Positions 39,218 to 50,146 of a stretch of DNA of 64,000 nucleotides are shown here, piece by piece. Source of the stretch: Candidatus Omnitrophota bacterium (GTDB lineage: Bacteria > Omnitrophota > Gorgyraeia > Gygaellales > Profunditerraquicolaceae); the NCBI GenBank assembly GCA_011620275.1, contig WOZK01000030.1:6242-70241 (forward strand). Direction: 5' to 3'. The notes under the pieces are model-generated. The model worked only from the letters and a program-made list of their open reading frames with translations. It made no database searches and was not told the DNA's origin. Every line of letters starts with the position of its first letter. Positions within the stretch are counted from its first letter, which is position 1. The translations under genes and the position numbers were made by a program.

Positions 39218-40803
39218 TTCCCCTCTTTTCCCGGCTCTCTTCTTTTCCATGCCGTCCTGACAAGCGAAGCCAACAGAATGAATATACCCAGCAGAACGCA
39301 TCGGGTAGCCAAAATAAAAGGTTTATCCTGCGATGGCACCCCTTTCATCTTAATCACCGGCAGCCATTGTTGAAAAAACCACATCCCCAGTATAGCAAAC
39401 AAGAACAACGGAGTCACATATTTAATGATGAATTTATACACTGAAGGGACAGTCAGATCCGCCCCCTTATGTATCTCTTCCCAGGCGTTTTGCATGCCGA
39501 GAACCCAGCTGAAGAGTATAGTCTCTATTGTGGCGAATACCACCAGAAAAACCGTCCCGCCCCAGAAATCCAGTTCATCCACCACCCCGTTCTTGAGAAA
39601 AAATATCACGGGCTGGCAAAGAAGAAAAGCCGTGACGGCGAATATCATCACCGCTTTCCTCCTGTCCAGGTTGAATTCATCCTCCATAAAGGCTATCACC
39701 GGCTGCGCGAGCGATACGGAAGAAGTGATGCCCGCGAGGAAAAGCAGGAAGAACCAAAAGAAACCGGTGATCTGGCTCCAGGGCATACTGTTTATGATCA
39801 GGGGCATTGTGACGAATCCGAGGTCAAATACGCCCGACCTGGCGATCTCTCCCGTCTCCTGCGGCCCGAAGAAAACAAAAGCGGCGGGAATTATGATACC
39901 GCCTCCAAGTATTACCTCGGCAAACTCATTGGTGCCTGCCGCGGTAAGACCGGAAAGCACGATATCATCCCCTTTGGAAAGATAACTGGCATAGGTGAGT
40001 ATCACGCCTATCCCGACGCTTAATGTAAAGAACACTTGACCCGCGGCTTCCAGCCAGACCTTTGCCGACTTCAAAGCCGTGAAATCAGGGTTCCAGAGGA
40101 AACCGAAGCCGTTGGCTATATTCCACTCAGGATGCAGAACATTCGGGGCGCCCAGACTGACCACCCGCAGCAAGAGTATCAATCCCAGAGAAAGAAGAAG
40201 CGGCAGCGCCACCTTACAAAGCCGCTCAATACCACCCTTGATACCGTAATACAGAACGACGACGTTCAGGATAAACGTGCAGATAAAGAAGAAATAAGCG
40301 GGGCCTATACCGAAGAAGTATCCGTTTTTCTCCACCCCCTGGAACCCGTGAAGAAAAGCACGCATCATTCCCTGCCCGGTTATGCCGCGGTAACTCCCGG
40401 CAAGGGAGAAAAAGCTGTAGGCCAGCGTCCATGATTCGATGTAGGAATAATATATGTATATGACCAGCGGGCCGAACAGTCCAATAACGCCGAAGTATTT
40501 AATGAACCTGTTCTTGCGCCAGATGGAATGGAATATGCCCGGCGCCGTCCCGTGCCCGAAACCGCCTCCGTAACGTCCAAGCGTCCATTCAATCCACATC
40601 AACGGGATCCCGAGCAGAAGAAAAGCTATAAGATAAGGGATCATGAAAGCGCCGCCGCCGTTTGCCGCTGCCTTTGCCGGGAATCTCAAGAAATTACCCA
40701 GCCCGATGGCGGATCCCGCCACAGCCATGACCACGCCCAGGCGGCTTCCCCAATTCTCTCTTTTTCGCTCGGACGAATGCTTAACCGGAAGTTTCTTGTT
40801 CAT
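39214..40803 (-). CDS. Sodium-dependent transporter, NSS (SNF) family
   Basis: Signature RENWGSRLGVVMAVAGSAIGLGNFLRFP. ~11 TM helices. Start at MNKKL. Confidence 0.85.
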   Translation of the reverse strand: MNKKLPVKHSSERKRENWGSRLGVVMAVAGSAIGLGNFLRFPAKAAANGGGAFMIPYLIAFLLLGIPLMWIEWTLGRYGGGFGHGTAPGIFHSIWRKNRFIKYFGVIGLFGPLVIYIYYSYIESWTLAYSFFSLAGSYRGITGQGMMRAFLHGFQGVEKNGYFFGIGPAYFFFICTFILNVVVLYYGIKGGIERLCKVALPLLLSLGLILLLRVVSLGAPNVLHPEWNIANGFGFLWNPDFTALKSAKVWLEAAGQVFFTLSVGIGVILTYASYLSKGDDIVLSGLTAAGTNEFAEVILGGGIIIPAAFVFFGPQETGEIARSGVFDLGFVTMPLIINSMPWSQITGFFWFFLLFLAGITSSVSLAQPVIAFMEDEFNLDRRKAVMIFAVTAFLLCQPVIFFLKNGVVDELDFWGGTVFLVVFATIETILFSWVLGMQNAWEEIHKGADLTVPSVYKFIIKYVTPLFLFAILGMWFFQQWLPVIKMKGVPSQDKPFILATRCVLLGIFILLASLVRTAWKRREPGKEGK

Positions 40804-41260
40804 CTGCACCGACGGTCGGTTTCGTATCATTCCGTTCCGGGACGACGGAAGGTTCCTGCTCGGGCGCCGAAGGAGGAAACAATACCGACAGGCCCTCCCT
40901 CACCGTATTTCTGGCGTAACTGCTGGGGGAGGCTATTTCGATCTCGGTTTTGCCTCCTTCAAGCCCGCGCAGGAAGACACCGGCAACGGTAGTATTCTCG
41001 GCGGACATATAAAACGCTATTACCCCTTCGTTACGCTCCCGGCGGTAAATATACCTGCCTGCCTTCTTCAACTCGGCCAAAACCGCGGTATAAACCGCAT
41101 CGCGATCCCCGGGAACAACCATTTTAACCGACTTTCCCCGGGACGCTTCTATCTCTCTTATCGAAGTCCCCAGCACGCCGCGCATTTTCTCTCCCACAGA
41201 AGCGCATCCGGAAAACAAAATGCTGCCTGCCACCGCCGAAGCTATCAGAATCTTTCTCAT
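40781..41260 (-). CDS. Hypothetical lipoprotein
   Basis: Signal peptide plus lipobox ILFSGC. 159 aa. Confidence 0.4.
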   Translation of the reverse strand: MRKILIASAVAGSILFSGCASVGEKMRGVLGTSIREIEASRGKSVKMVVPGDRDAVYTAVLAELKKAGRYIYRRERNEGVIAFYMSAENTTVAGVFLRGLEGGKTEIEIASPSSYARNTVREGLSVLFPPSAPEQEPSVVPERNDTKPTVGADEQETSG

Positions 41261-41289
41261 CTTTTTCCCGCCTCCTTATAATACGGGGA

Positions 41290-43284
41290 CTACACCAATT
41301 CCCTGATCTGCTGTAAATGCAGTCTGGTCTCCTTTTCTCCTCTTAACGAGAATTCAGCGGCACGGTGCAGGTCAAGCCAAAACAAGCCGGAAGTATCCGG
41401 ATTGATCACAACGTCCGCCAGGGCTGCTTCCTTGCGCGCCAGTTCCGACTGCATATATTCCACGCTGCTGAAAATAAGATTAAGGATATTCAGACTCAAC
41501 CTGCTCTTCAGGAATCTCGCCAACGCAGGGCGTTTCGACTGCTCCTGCGATATCTCTTCCTGCGCGCGTTCCAGCCCTCTGGACAATCTTTCCTTAGAAG
41601 GGGTAACGTTGACGGCGATTATCCTGCGCGCCCCTGACTGTACCAACACTTCCACCGGCAGCGGATGGGCGATCCCCCCGTCGAGCAGAATGTCCCCCCC
41701 GGAAATAAAAGGCCTGAATATCCCCGGCATAGAACAGCTGGTCATTATCGCGTCCACCAGCGAACCGCTTTCCAGTACGCGCGCCTCTTTTCTTCGTATA
41801 TCGCTGGCGACAATCTTCAACGGCAGTTTCACGTCCCTGAAAGTCTTGTTCCCGAGGTGCCTTTTCAGGAACCGGTAAAGCTTATTACCTTTTATAAACC
41901 CTGTCCAGGGAAATGTCAAGTCAATGAGTTTCCATGCGCAGGTATAGTCCTTGAATTCACCGGCAATCTCGAGTATCTCCCCGCTGGATTTACCGGTGAC
42001 CCAGAGGCTGGCAATCACGCCCCCCATGCTGGAGCCGGAAATGACGTCTATCGGGACCTTCTCCTCTTCCAGCACTTTAAGAACGCCCAAATGGCAGAGC
42101 CCGTATGCAAAACCGACGCCCAGGGCAAGGCCGGTCGTGCAGCCGCCGCTCTGTCGGGCGATGCGCCGCACAGCCAGGGAATACCCGGTTGCCGGGTTCT
42201 TCTCCATCTCCAATCCTTCGGCCGGGGGACCTATCACGGGCAGCGTGGCAAAAACACTCCTGTTGAGCACGCCGGCTCTCTCCTCCGGACGCAGACGCGC
42301 ATACCCGTAATCGTTGACTATCAACTTTATATTATCCCTGGAGAAAGATTTTTCTTTCTCCAGCTTGTCCGAGAAATTCCCTGTCTTGCGCAATTCGGCG
42401 AAAGACGGCCCGCTTATTAAATGAAGCGTTTGCGCCTGCCGCAGGAGCCCGGAGACGAATTCGTCTCCGAAAGGCGGCAAGTCTATTATTATATAATGGT
42501 ATTTCGAGAACAGCGAACTGAGGATATCAACCACGGTCGCCGCCGATTCGTCTCCGGTGCCGGTATAATTCAAACACAAGAAATCCAGACCTTCCCTGCC
42601 TTTCATTATCATAGGAGAGACATCGAAACCGCGGTATTGCCTGTAATCCGATAGGTCGAGCTCGGGATAACTATTCCCTGTCCCGAAAATGGCCGGCATA
42701 GCGTGCAGTTTATTCTTATGCCTGACTTCCACCACAAGGATATTCTTTAAAGTCTCCCTGCGCAGGCTGAAGGCCAGGTTGGCGGTATAGAAAGTCTTGC
42801 CGCTGTTGGGGGACAGCCCCATCACCGCGATGATCTCGGTCTCGAAAACCTTTTTGCGCAGGCTGTTCCTGCTCCTTAAACGCCGGGAAAGCGTACGGCT
42901 CAGGTCCAGCCCCATGCGCGGGATCTTCTCCAGGAGGGCCTCGAAATCCGCCCTCTTTATTATCACCAGTCTGCTGTCGTTGAAAGCCTCGGCCGTCACT
43001 GAATGCGATTCTCCGGTCAGGAGGGAAATAATGCCGAAATACTGCCCGCGGTGCAGGTAATCTATAAAGAGGTTCCTGCCGCGGTCATCCCTGAGGTAAG
43101 CCGCCACCCTGCCGGAAAGAACACAGTAGAAAGCTCCCGGAGGGTCCCCGTAGTTATATATGATCGTCCCTTTGGGATAGGCAACGATATCGTATTTCCC
43201 CTCGAGAATCCGGTATTCTTCGGGGCTGAATCCGGCGAAGAAGGGAAGGCTTCTCAATATCTCAATACCGAATTCAGGCGTCAT
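41290..43284 (-). CDS. Three-domain protein: cNMP-binding (CAP_ED), ParA/MinD-like P-loop domain, and patatin-like phospholipase
   Basis: N-terminus ...GDPPGAFYCVLSGRV...FGIISLLTGESHSVTAEA (cNMP-binding). Middle IIAVMGLSPNSGKTFYTANLA...YIIIDLPP (P-loop NTPase). C-terminus GLALGVGFAYG...GSSMGG...LLDGG (patatin Ser-Asp dyad). Start set at MTPEF to abut the GH1 gene. Confidence 0.7.
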   Translation of the reverse strand: MTPEFGIEILRSLPFFAGFSPEEYRILEGKYDIVAYPKGTIIYNYGDPPGAFYCVLSGRVAAYLRDDRGRNLFIDYLHRGQYFGIISLLTGESHSVTAEAFNDSRLVIIKRADFEALLEKIPRMGLDLSRTLSRRLRSRNSLRKKVFETEIIAVMGLSPNSGKTFYTANLAFSLRRETLKNILVVEVRHKNKLHAMPAIFGTGNSYPELDLSDYRQYRGFDVSPMIMKGREGLDFLCLNYTGTGDESAATVVDILSSLFSKYHYIIIDLPPFGDEFVSGLLRQAQTLHLISGPSFAELRKTGNFSDKLEKEKSFSRDNIKLIVNDYGYARLRPEERAGVLNRSVFATLPVIGPPAEGLEMEKNPATGYSLAVRRIARQSGGCTTGLALGVGFAYGLCHLGVLKVLEEEKVPIDVISGSSMGGVIASLWVTGKSSGEILEIAGEFKDYTCAWKLIDLTFPWTGFIKGNKLYRFLKRHLGNKTFRDVKLPLKIVASDIRRKEARVLESGSLVDAIMTSCSMPGIFRPFISGGDILLDGGIAHPLPVEVLVQSGARRIIAVNVTPSKERLSRGLERAQEEISQEQSKRPALARFLKSRLSLNILNLIFSSVEYMQSELARKEAALADVVINPDTSGLFWLDLHRAAEFSLRGEKETRLHLQQIRELV

Positions 43285-44498
43285 TCCGGCAACTCCCCCG
43301 TCCTGCAGACACACGAGAACCACGACGCGCTTTCCCTCGCCCTGCGTTCCTGGGTGGCATAATCCACTTCCACCAGTCCGAAACGGGGAGCGAATCCTTT
43401 ATCCCATTCGAAATTGTCCAGCAATGACCAGTAGAAATAACCTTTAAGATCAACCCCGGCTTTTATCGCGTCCGCGGCGGCTTCGAGATGACTTTTTATG
43501 AAACTTACTCTTTCCCGGTCGTCGGCGGTGGCTATCCCGTTCTCCAGTATGAGCACCGGCAACGCGTATTTCCTGAGGCTAAGCAGTATCTCCGACAGTC
43601 CCCGCGGATAAATATCCCATCCCAATGAATTCTTTTTCCAGGCATTATCGGAACGCGTCCCCGACAAAAGAGACCGGGGGTTACGACTTTCCACGCTCAC
43701 AAGCTGTCTGGTGTAATAATTCAATCCGATATAATCAAGCGTCCCGGCATGAAAAGCGGCGTCCAGGAATATACGGTTGAACATCATATCACGCAAGAAG
43801 ACTCCCAGTTGATTCCACTTTCCGGGCCTCCAGGGCATAAAATACTGCATATGATGAGCCACGCTTACCGAAGGCGCCGTATTTTTATAAGCCCCGCACC
43901 TATCATGTATTATGCGGTAAGCCAGTTCATGCGCCGAGAGCAGATTACGAGAGACCCGCACAGCTTTAATGAACGAACGTTGCTGGGGAGGCCAAACACC
44001 GGTAAGATAAGAATGGTAGGCGTAAACAAGCGGTTCATTCACGGTCACCAAGTAACGGGCTTTGCCAGACAGGACATCGGTCATTTTCTCTATATAACGG
44101 CAAAAGCAGGCAGTATTGGCGCGCTTCAGCCATCCGCCCTTGCGGCTGAACCATGCCGGGCTGGTGAAATGATACAGAGTTACCACCGGTTCCAGATCGT
44201 TGGCGGCAAGAGCGTCCAGAACGGAAGAATAATGGTCCAGGGCGGACTGCGAAAAACGTCCTTCTTCCGGTTCTACACGGCTCCATTCGATCGAGAAACG
44301 GTGGGCGTTATGCCCCAGTGAACGGGCGAGGGCGAAATCTTCCTTATAAAGAGAGAAATGCCGGCAGGCGGCGGAAGATCTATCAAGCCCGCCACCCGAC
44401 TGCTCCCATTGCCACCAATCGTTGAAGAAGTTGTCCCCTTCCACCTGATGAGAGGAAGTCGCGGCACCCCAGAGGAACCCTTCAGGAAAAGTAAACAT
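43281..44498 (-). CDS. Glycoside hydrolase family 1 beta-glucosidase
   Basis: FPEGFLWGAATSSHQVEG, TVNEP and ILENG catalytic motifs. Confidence 0.85.
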   Translation of the reverse strand: MFTFPEGFLWGAATSSHQVEGDNFFNDWWQWEQSGGGLDRSSAACRHFSLYKEDFALARSLGHNAHRFSIEWSRVEPEEGRFSQSALDHYSSVLDALAANDLEPVVTLYHFTSPAWFSRKGGWLKRANTACFCRYIEKMTDVLSGKARYLVTVNEPLVYAYHSYLTGVWPPQQRSFIKAVRVSRNLLSAHELAYRIIHDRCGAYKNTAPSVSVAHHMQYFMPWRPGKWNQLGVFLRDMMFNRIFLDAAFHAGTLDYIGLNYYTRQLVSVESRNPRSLLSGTRSDNAWKKNSLGWDIYPRGLSEILLSLRKYALPVLILENGIATADDRERVSFIKSHLEAAADAIKAGVDLKGYFYWSLLDNFEWDKGFAPRFGLVEVDYATQERRARESASWFSCVCRTGELPE

Positions 44499-44559
44499 CT
44501 GTAGTTATTATATTTAGCAGCCGGTTCAAAACGGAAGAGAAGTATTCTTATATTATAAT

Positions 44560-44764
44560 ATAAACAAAAAAAATCCCAACGTAAAAGTTGGGATTTTTCT
44601 CAAGTATAAGCCGATAAAGGTGGCATCACAACTTGCTGCCGCACCTTTAACCGGTAGCCCAGCCACCATATTACCCACCTCTTTTGACCGTCTTAGCGGC
44701 CTCAACTGAACGTGATGTAACGTAGGTCTGTGGCTTTGCGCCCCCCGGTTTTCCCGAGGTTTAC
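44560..44764 (-). ncRNA. Candidate ~200-nt structured small RNA with its own promoter and intrinsic terminator
   Basis: Minus-strand promoter TTGAAA-17 nt-TATACT (plus coordinates 44794-44799 and 44771-44776). The transcript 5' end (CGAUAAAGGU...) pairs with the 3' segment (...ACCUUUAUCG) over >=10 bp. It ends in terminator AAAUCCCAAC-UUUUAC-GUUGGGAUUUUUUUUGUUU (44560-44602). No ORF. Confidence 0.45.
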
Positions 44765-44835
44765 CTTTATCGGCTACAAAAAGTATACCTCATCTCCCCT
44801 GTTTTTTCAAGGCAGAGCTTTTTATGTAGAGCTTT

Positions 44836-44870
44836 TTTAATCAAGACGCAGAAAACCCCGTTTCTCAAAC
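44836..44870 (+). repeat. REP-like element, copy 4 (degenerate, opposite orientation)
   Basis: Plus strand TTAATCAAGACGCAGAAAACCCCG matches the reverse complement of the core (TTAATCAAACCGCAGAAATCCCCGG) at ~20/24 positions. Confidence 0.5.
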
Positions 44871-44947
44871 CGGACTTACCCTTAGTTTGTCTAAGGATTA
44901 CCCGTCTGTGTTATATCTTGGAACCGCTTTTATTGCAACGGAATAGT

Positions 44948-45430
44948 TTATTCCGTTGCAACGGTCCCGGCGGCGGAAGTCAAATGCTTCTCAAGAGCGG
45001 CCCAGGTCTTGGGGCCGACTTTACCGTCTGCCGTCAACCCGTTGGATTTCTGGAATTCCTCTATCGCCGCTTTCGTCTTTGGCCCCACTTTGCCGTCTAT
45101 ATTACCGGAATAATATCCCGCGTTTTTAAGCGCAGTCTGGATGTCCTGGGCGGACGGCTTATACGGCCCTGAAGGAGGTAAAGGGTCCAATACCGGAACG
45201 GCGGCGGCGGAAACCGCTTCAGCCGCCTTCTCTCTGACGGCCGGTGTCTCGGCGAGAAACCTGTTTTCCTGTATCGCAATCTTATTATCCAGTGTCTGCC
45301 CTCCCAAAGAATCAGCCGACATGGGAGCCTGCATCTCTTCAAGACTCTGCTGTTTCTTATTGCACCCGTTTACGGCCAGAAAAGACACGGCCACCGCTAT
45401 CACCGCTGTGAAGATCTTCGTTCTCCCCAT
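44948..45430 (-). CDS. Lipoprotein with C-terminal peptidoglycan-binding (PG_binding_1) domain
   Basis: Start at MGRTKIF (lipobox AVNGC, GAAAGGAG SD). C-terminal repeats GKVGPKTKAAIEEFQKSNGL / GKVGPKTWAALEK. Followed by a 13-bp perfect hairpin at 44920-44950. Confidence 0.6.
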   Translation of the reverse strand: MGRTKIFTAVIAVAVSFLAVNGCNKKQQSLEEMQAPMSADSLGGQTLDNKIAIQENRFLAETPAVREKAAEAVSAAAVPVLDPLPPSGPYKPSAQDIQTALKNAGYYSGNIDGKVGPKTKAAIEEFQKSNGLTADGKVGPKTWAALEKHLTSAAGTVATE

Positions 45431-45694
45431 TGTTTCATCTGCTCCTTTCATGAATAATAATGGAACCCCCTCACGCAAAAGCAGGAGGCTCATATTTTCG
45501 GTAAAGCCAAGGCTTTACCGGTACTCGCCGCATATCCGGTTCTACACTTACTCCGAAGACCTCCCTCTACACTCACGCCCAAGGAATAAATTTATTTTAA
45601 ACCTTATTACCGAAAAATCAAATCATATTTAGGATCCCGCTTCGGGCGTCAATCTCCACGCAGCCCTTCCTCATACGCCCGCGCGCTCCTGAAA

Positions 45695-47341
45695 TCAAAG
45701 CTGTTTATCATAGGTAGAATAATAATACGGAGTGAAAGCCTGGAACTCGGCGGCGCAGGTATCAACAAGCTTGAAATCCGGAAGTATACCCAGAGATATT
45801 CTTAAAGAAGATATCTCCTCCTCTTTCTTGCCGGTCAGCAAAGCGATCTGCCTGTCGCTGAACCCCATTTTTTTTACTTCCAGAAGCGTATCCTTGTCGA
45901 GATCGCCTTCTCTCGTTCTCAGGCGCGTCTCCATCTCGACGATCTCCCGTATATTGTGCAGGAACCAGCTGTCGATCCGGGTCAACTCATGGATCGTTTC
46001 GAGTTCCACTCCCGACCGAAACGCATCCGCCAGCAGGAAGATGCGTTCCGGGGACGCCGTCCTGAGCCTCGCGCAAAGGGATTCCTGTTCCCCTTCCGCG
46101 CACCTGCCGAGGCTCTCCAGACCGTATTTATTTATCTCCAGGGAACGCAACCCCTTCTGCAGGGCCTCCTTAAAGGTCCTGCCTATGGACATAGTTTCAC
46201 CCACCGATTTCATTGAGACCGAAAGCACCGGATCCGCCGAAGGGAACTTCTCAAAAGTGAATCTCGGTATCTTCACCACGCAATAATCTATGGCCGGCTC
46301 GAAACAGGCCGGGGTCTTCAGTGTTATGTCGTTGGCGATCTCGTCAAGCGTATATCCGACCGCGAGCCTGGCGGCGATCTTGGCGATGGGAAAACCCGTG
46401 GCCTTGGAGGCCAATGCCGAACTCCTGGAAACGCGGGGATTCATTTCTATAACCACCATCCTGCCGTCGACGGGATTGACCGCGAACTGTATGTTGGATC
46501 CGCCGGTCGAGACACCTATCTCGCGTATACAGGCGATCGCCGCGTCGCGCATACGCTGATATTCCTTATCCGTAAGAGTCTGCGCGGGGGCCACGGTTAT
46601 GCTGTCCCCTGTATGCACTCCCATCGGGTCGAGATTCTCTATAGAACAGACGACCACGACGTTATCCTTAATATCGCGCATCACCTCCAACTCATATTCC
46701 TTCCAACCGGAAACCGATTCTTCTATGAGTATCTCGCTAATCATGCTCGATTCCAGCCCGCGCTTGGCCAAAACGCGGAATTCTTCGGCATTGTAAGCTA
46801 CGCTTCCGCCGGTGCCGCCGAGAGTGAAACTGGGCCTGATGATCACGGGAAAACCCACATCCTGCGCCACTCTCAATGCCTGTTGCAGATTGTAAGCCTT
46901 GTTGCTTTTCGGAAGGTCGAGCCCAATCCTTATCATCGCCTCCTTGAAAAGCCTCCGGTCTTCGGCCTTCTTTATGGCCTTTATATCGGCGCCGATCAAT
47001 TCCACGCGATATTTCCTGAACACCCCGCGCGCGTCCAGCTCCACCGCCGTGTTCAAAGCGGTCTGCCCGCCGAGGGTCGGCAGCAACGCGTCCGGTTTCT
47101 CCCTCGCGATGATGCGTTCCACGATCTCCGCGGTGATAGGCTCTATATAAGTCCTGTCGGCGGTATCCGGATCGGTCATGATGGTGGCCGGATTGGAATT
47201 AACCAAAACCACCCGGAACCCTTCCTGCCTCAACACCTTGCAGGCCTGGGTGCCGGAATAATCGAACTCGCACGCCTGGCCGATCACGATCGGGCCGGAA
47301 CCGATAATAAGTATTTTCTTTATGTCGGTGCGCTTAGGCAT
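45695..47341 (-). CDS. carB: Carbamoyl-phosphate synthase large subunit, N-terminal half (split CarB)
   Basis: 548 aa covering the first ATP-grasp and oligomerisation domains ([21 protein letters not shown]...). The ORF ends with a clean stop. No second half follows it. Confidence 0.8.
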   Translation of the reverse strand: MPKRTDIKKILIIGSGPIVIGQACEFDYSGTQACKVLRQEGFRVVLVNSNPATIMTDPDTADRTYIEPITAEIVERIIAREKPDALLPTLGGQTALNTAVELDARGVFRKYRVELIGADIKAIKKAEDRRLFKEAMIRIGLDLPKSNKAYNLQQALRVAQDVGFPVIIRPSFTLGGTGGSVAYNAEEFRVLAKRGLESSMISEILIEESVSGWKEYELEVMRDIKDNVVVVCSIENLDPMGVHTGDSITVAPAQTLTDKEYQRMRDAAIACIREIGVSTGGSNIQFAVNPVDGRMVVIEMNPRVSRSSALASKATGFPIAKIAARLAVGYTLDEIANDITLKTPACFEPAIDYCVVKIPRFTFEKFPSADPVLSVSMKSVGETMSIGRTFKEALQKGLRSLEINKYGLESLGRCAEGEQESLCARLRTASPERIFLLADAFRSGVELETIHELTRIDSWFLHNIREIVEMETRLRTREGDLDKDTLLEVKKMGFSDRQIALLTGKKEEEISSLRISLGILPDFKLVDTCAAEFQAFTPYYYSTYDKQL

Positions 47342-48443
47342 TTTTCTTCCCGCGGCATTTGTGTTTCGCTACCGAATCTACGAAAGAAACGAAGAGATAG
47401 GCGGCGTCGTGCGGCCCCGGGGACGCCTCCGGATGGAACTGGACGGAAAAAACAGGTAGTTTCCTGTGTTTCATCCCCTCATGCGTATCGTCGTTAAGGT
47501 TTAGATGAGTAACCTGCAGCTCTTTTTCGTTCAACGATTTCATATCTACGCAAAATCCGTGATTCTGCACGGTAATAGCCACTTTACCGCTGTTCAAATC
47601 CTTAACCGGATGATTAGCTCCGTGATGCCCGAACTTTAATTTATAAGTCTTACCGCCGAAGGCCAGGCCGAGCATCTGGTTACCGAGACAGATACCGAAC
47701 ATGGGAATACCGGAGGATGCCAGTTCCTTGACCGTGCCTATAACGTAGGTCACCGCCGCGGGATCGCCCGGACCGTTGGAAAGCATAATGCCGTCCGGTT
47801 TCCAGGACAGTATATCCGAAGCGGAGGTAGCGGCGGGGAAAACCCGGATCCGACAGCCGAGCCCGGCAAGGATACGCATGATGTTGTATTTCACACCGCA
47901 GTCCAGGACAGCCACTTTATATTTCCCCTTGTCGTTCCAATCATAAGCTTGCCGGCAGGAGACTTCCTTTACAAGATCGATGCCCACAAGGCCGCTCCAG
48001 GAACGGGCCTTTTCCAGCAGCGCCGGCACGTCATCGCAGGCCGTCCCGGCGGCGATAACGGCTTTAAGCGCTCCGGCCTCCCGTATGCGTAGTGTAAGCG
48101 CGCGAGTATCCACTCCCTCCACCGCGGGTATGCCGTGCGCGCAAAGATAATCCGGCAACGAACTTTTCGACCTCCAGTTACTGGCAATCCTGCTGCATTC
48201 TTTAACCACGAAACCCTCCACGAAAGGCCGGCCGGATTCCGCGTCTTCTTCATTTATGCCGTAATTGCCTATCAAAGGGTAGGTCATAGCTACTATCTGC
48301 CCCTTATAGGAAGGATCGGTAATTATCTCCTCATACCCGAACATGCTGGTATTGAAGACGATCTCCCCGCAGCGGACCCCCTGCGCTCCGAACGATCTCC
48401 CCCGGAATACGCTGCCGTCTTCCAGGACTAAAGCAGCCTGCAT
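47334..48443 (-). CDS. carA: Carbamoyl-phosphate synthase small subunit
   Basis: Start at [11 protein letters not shown]. GATase triad (GICLGNQ...HPE). Confidence 0.9.
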   Translation of the reverse strand: MQAALVLEDGSVFRGRSFGAQGVRCGEIVFNTSMFGYEEIITDPSYKGQIVAMTYPLIGNYGINEEDAESGRPFVEGFVVKECSRIASNWRSKSSLPDYLCAHGIPAVEGVDTRALTLRIREAGALKAVIAAGTACDDVPALLEKARSWSGLVGIDLVKEVSCRQAYDWNDKGKYKVAVLDCGVKYNIMRILAGLGCRIRVFPAATSASDILSWKPDGIMLSNGPGDPAAVTYVIGTVKELASSGIPMFGICLGNQMLGLAFGGKTYKLKFGHHGANHPVKDLNSGKVAITVQNHGFCVDMKSLNEKELQVTHLNLNDDTHEGMKHRKLPVFSVQFHPEASPGPHDAAYLFVSFVDSVAKHKCRGKKNA

Positions 48444-48445
48444 GT

Positions 48446-50050
48446 TTACCTCTTTATTTTTAAAGCGCACCTGATAAAATCGCGGAATATCGGATGGGCC
48501 TTGTCGGGTTTCGACTTGAATTCAGGATGAAACTGCACCGCCATGAAGAACGGATGGCCGGGCAGCTCCACGATCTCGACAAGGTTCTTTTTCGGGTAAA
48601 TACCGGAGAAAACCATACCTTTCTTCTCCATCAAACGGCGGTATTTATTGTTGAATTCGTATCTATGCCGGTGCCTTTCTTCTATCAGCCTTTTTCTGTA
48701 ACAGCACTGTGCCCGGGTATTCGGCGATATCTGGCAGGGATAAGCGCCCAGGCGCATGGTACCTCCCATATCCTCAACGTCTTCCTGTTCCTTTAGAAGG
48801 CTGATCACCGGATCTTGGGTATTAGGGGCGAACTCGCTGGAATCAGCGCCCTTGAGACCGCAGATATTCCTGGCGAATTCGATGACCGCGCACTGCATCC
48901 CAAGACAGATGCCGAAAAACGGGACGCGCTTGGTCCTGGCATATTCAATACTCTTTATCTTTCCTTCTATGCCGCGGGATCCGAACCCGCCCGGCACCAG
49001 GATACCGCAGACATTACGCAGGTAATGTTCCGCCCCTTCTTTATCAATATCCTCGGAATCTATCTTTTCCACTTCCACTCTGCAGTCGTTCGCGATGCCG
49101 GCGTGCGCCAATGCCTCATAAATAGACTTGTATGCGTCCTGCAGGCCGATATATTTACCTACTACGGCGATCCTGGTCTTGTGGCGGGGGGAAACAGCCT
49201 TCTCTACCACGTTTTTTTCCCAGTTTTTCAGGGTAGAAGGCCTGGCTCTAATGCCGAAATGTTTCAGTATGAGCCTGTCGAGAGACTGGTCCTTGAATAT
49301 CAAAGGGAGCTGATAGATCGAATCCACATCTTTGGCTTCGATGACAGCCTCCTGCGGCACGTTGCAGAAAAGCGATATCTTCTCTTTTAATTCCATCGAG
49401 AGGCTTTTTTCGCTGCGGCAGATAAGGATATCCGGCTGTATCCCTATCTCGCGCAGGGTGCCGACACTATGCTGGGTAGGTTTTGTTTTCATCTCCCCAG
49501 CGACCTTTATATAAGGAACCAGAGTAAGATGGGCGTAAAGAACGTTATTCTGACCGGCGTCCAGCCTGAACTGGCGCACAGCTTCCAGAAAAGGGAGGCT
49601 CTCGATGTCGCCGACCGTGCCGCCGATCTCCACCAGCACCACCTGCGCCCTGGAAACGGCCGCCACTTTCTTGATACGGTCTTTTATCTCGTTGGTAATG
49701 TGCGGGATGACCTGGATGGTCCTGCCGAGGTAATCTCCCTTGCGTTCGCGCGAGATTACGGCGTGATATACCTGTCCGGTAGTGACGTTGTTGAATTTGC
49801 CGGTTTTGGCGGAAGTGAACCGTTCGTAATGCCCGAGGTCGAGGTCGGTCTCGGCGCCGTCGTCGGTCACGTATACTTCACCGTGCTGGTAAGGGTTCAT
49901 CGTGCCGGGGTCAACGTTGAGATAGGGATCGAACTTCATCAAGGCGACACGCAGACCCTGAGATTCCAGTATCTTGCCTATGGAAGCGGCAGTAATCCCC
50001 TTGCCGAGGCTGGAAATAACGCCACCGGTGATGAATATGTATTTACACAT
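48446..50050 (-). CDS. pyrG: CTP synthase
   Basis: [18 protein letters not shown]... and the C-terminal GATase domain. Confidence 0.95.
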   Translation of the reverse strand: MCKYIFITGGVISSLGKGITAASIGKILESQGLRVALMKFDPYLNVDPGTMNPYQHGEVYVTDDGAETDLDLGHYERFTSAKTGKFNNVTTGQVYHAVISRERKGDYLGRTIQVIPHITNEIKDRIKKVAAVSRAQVVLVEIGGTVGDIESLPFLEAVRQFRLDAGQNNVLYAHLTLVPYIKVAGEMKTKPTQHSVGTLREIGIQPDILICRSEKSLSMELKEKISLFCNVPQEAVIEAKDVDSIYQLPLIFKDQSLDRLILKHFGIRARPSTLKNWEKNVVEKAVSPRHKTRIAVVGKYIGLQDAYKSIYEALAHAGIANDCRVEVEKIDSEDIDKEGAEHYLRNVCGILVPGGFGSRGIEGKIKSIEYARTKRVPFFGICLGMQCAVIEFARNICGLKGADSSEFAPNTQDPVISLLKEQEDVEDMGGTMRLGAYPCQISPNTRAQCCYRKRLIEERHRHRYEFNNKYRRLMEKKGMVFSGIYPKKNLVEIVELPGHPFFMAVQFHPEFKSKPDKAHPIFRDFIRCALKIKR

Positions 50051-50058
50051 GGTTGTTT

Positions 50059-50102
50059 AAAAAAAAACGTTTCTGAACCGATAGTCCTCCGGTCCACAAA
50101 CG
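50059..50102 (-). terminator. Intrinsic terminator in the pyrG leader (candidate attenuator)
   Basis: Minus strand CGUUUGUGGACCG-GAGGACUAU-CGGUUCAGAAACG (13-bp stem, 1 mismatch), then U9, ending 8 nt before the pyrG AUG. Confidence 0.6.
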
Positions 50103-50146
50103 CCATTGTTCCAGATATAGTCAATTCCCGTTGAACCATTGGCTTT

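Noticed and set aside
41290-43284. Pycsar/CBASS-type defence effector interpretation of the cNMP-binding-patatin protein
   Set aside because: No nucleotidyl cyclase (PycC/CD-NTase) or other defence gene is adjacent. Neighbours are a lipoprotein and a GH1 glycosidase. NTE-like housekeeping lipases share the architecture.
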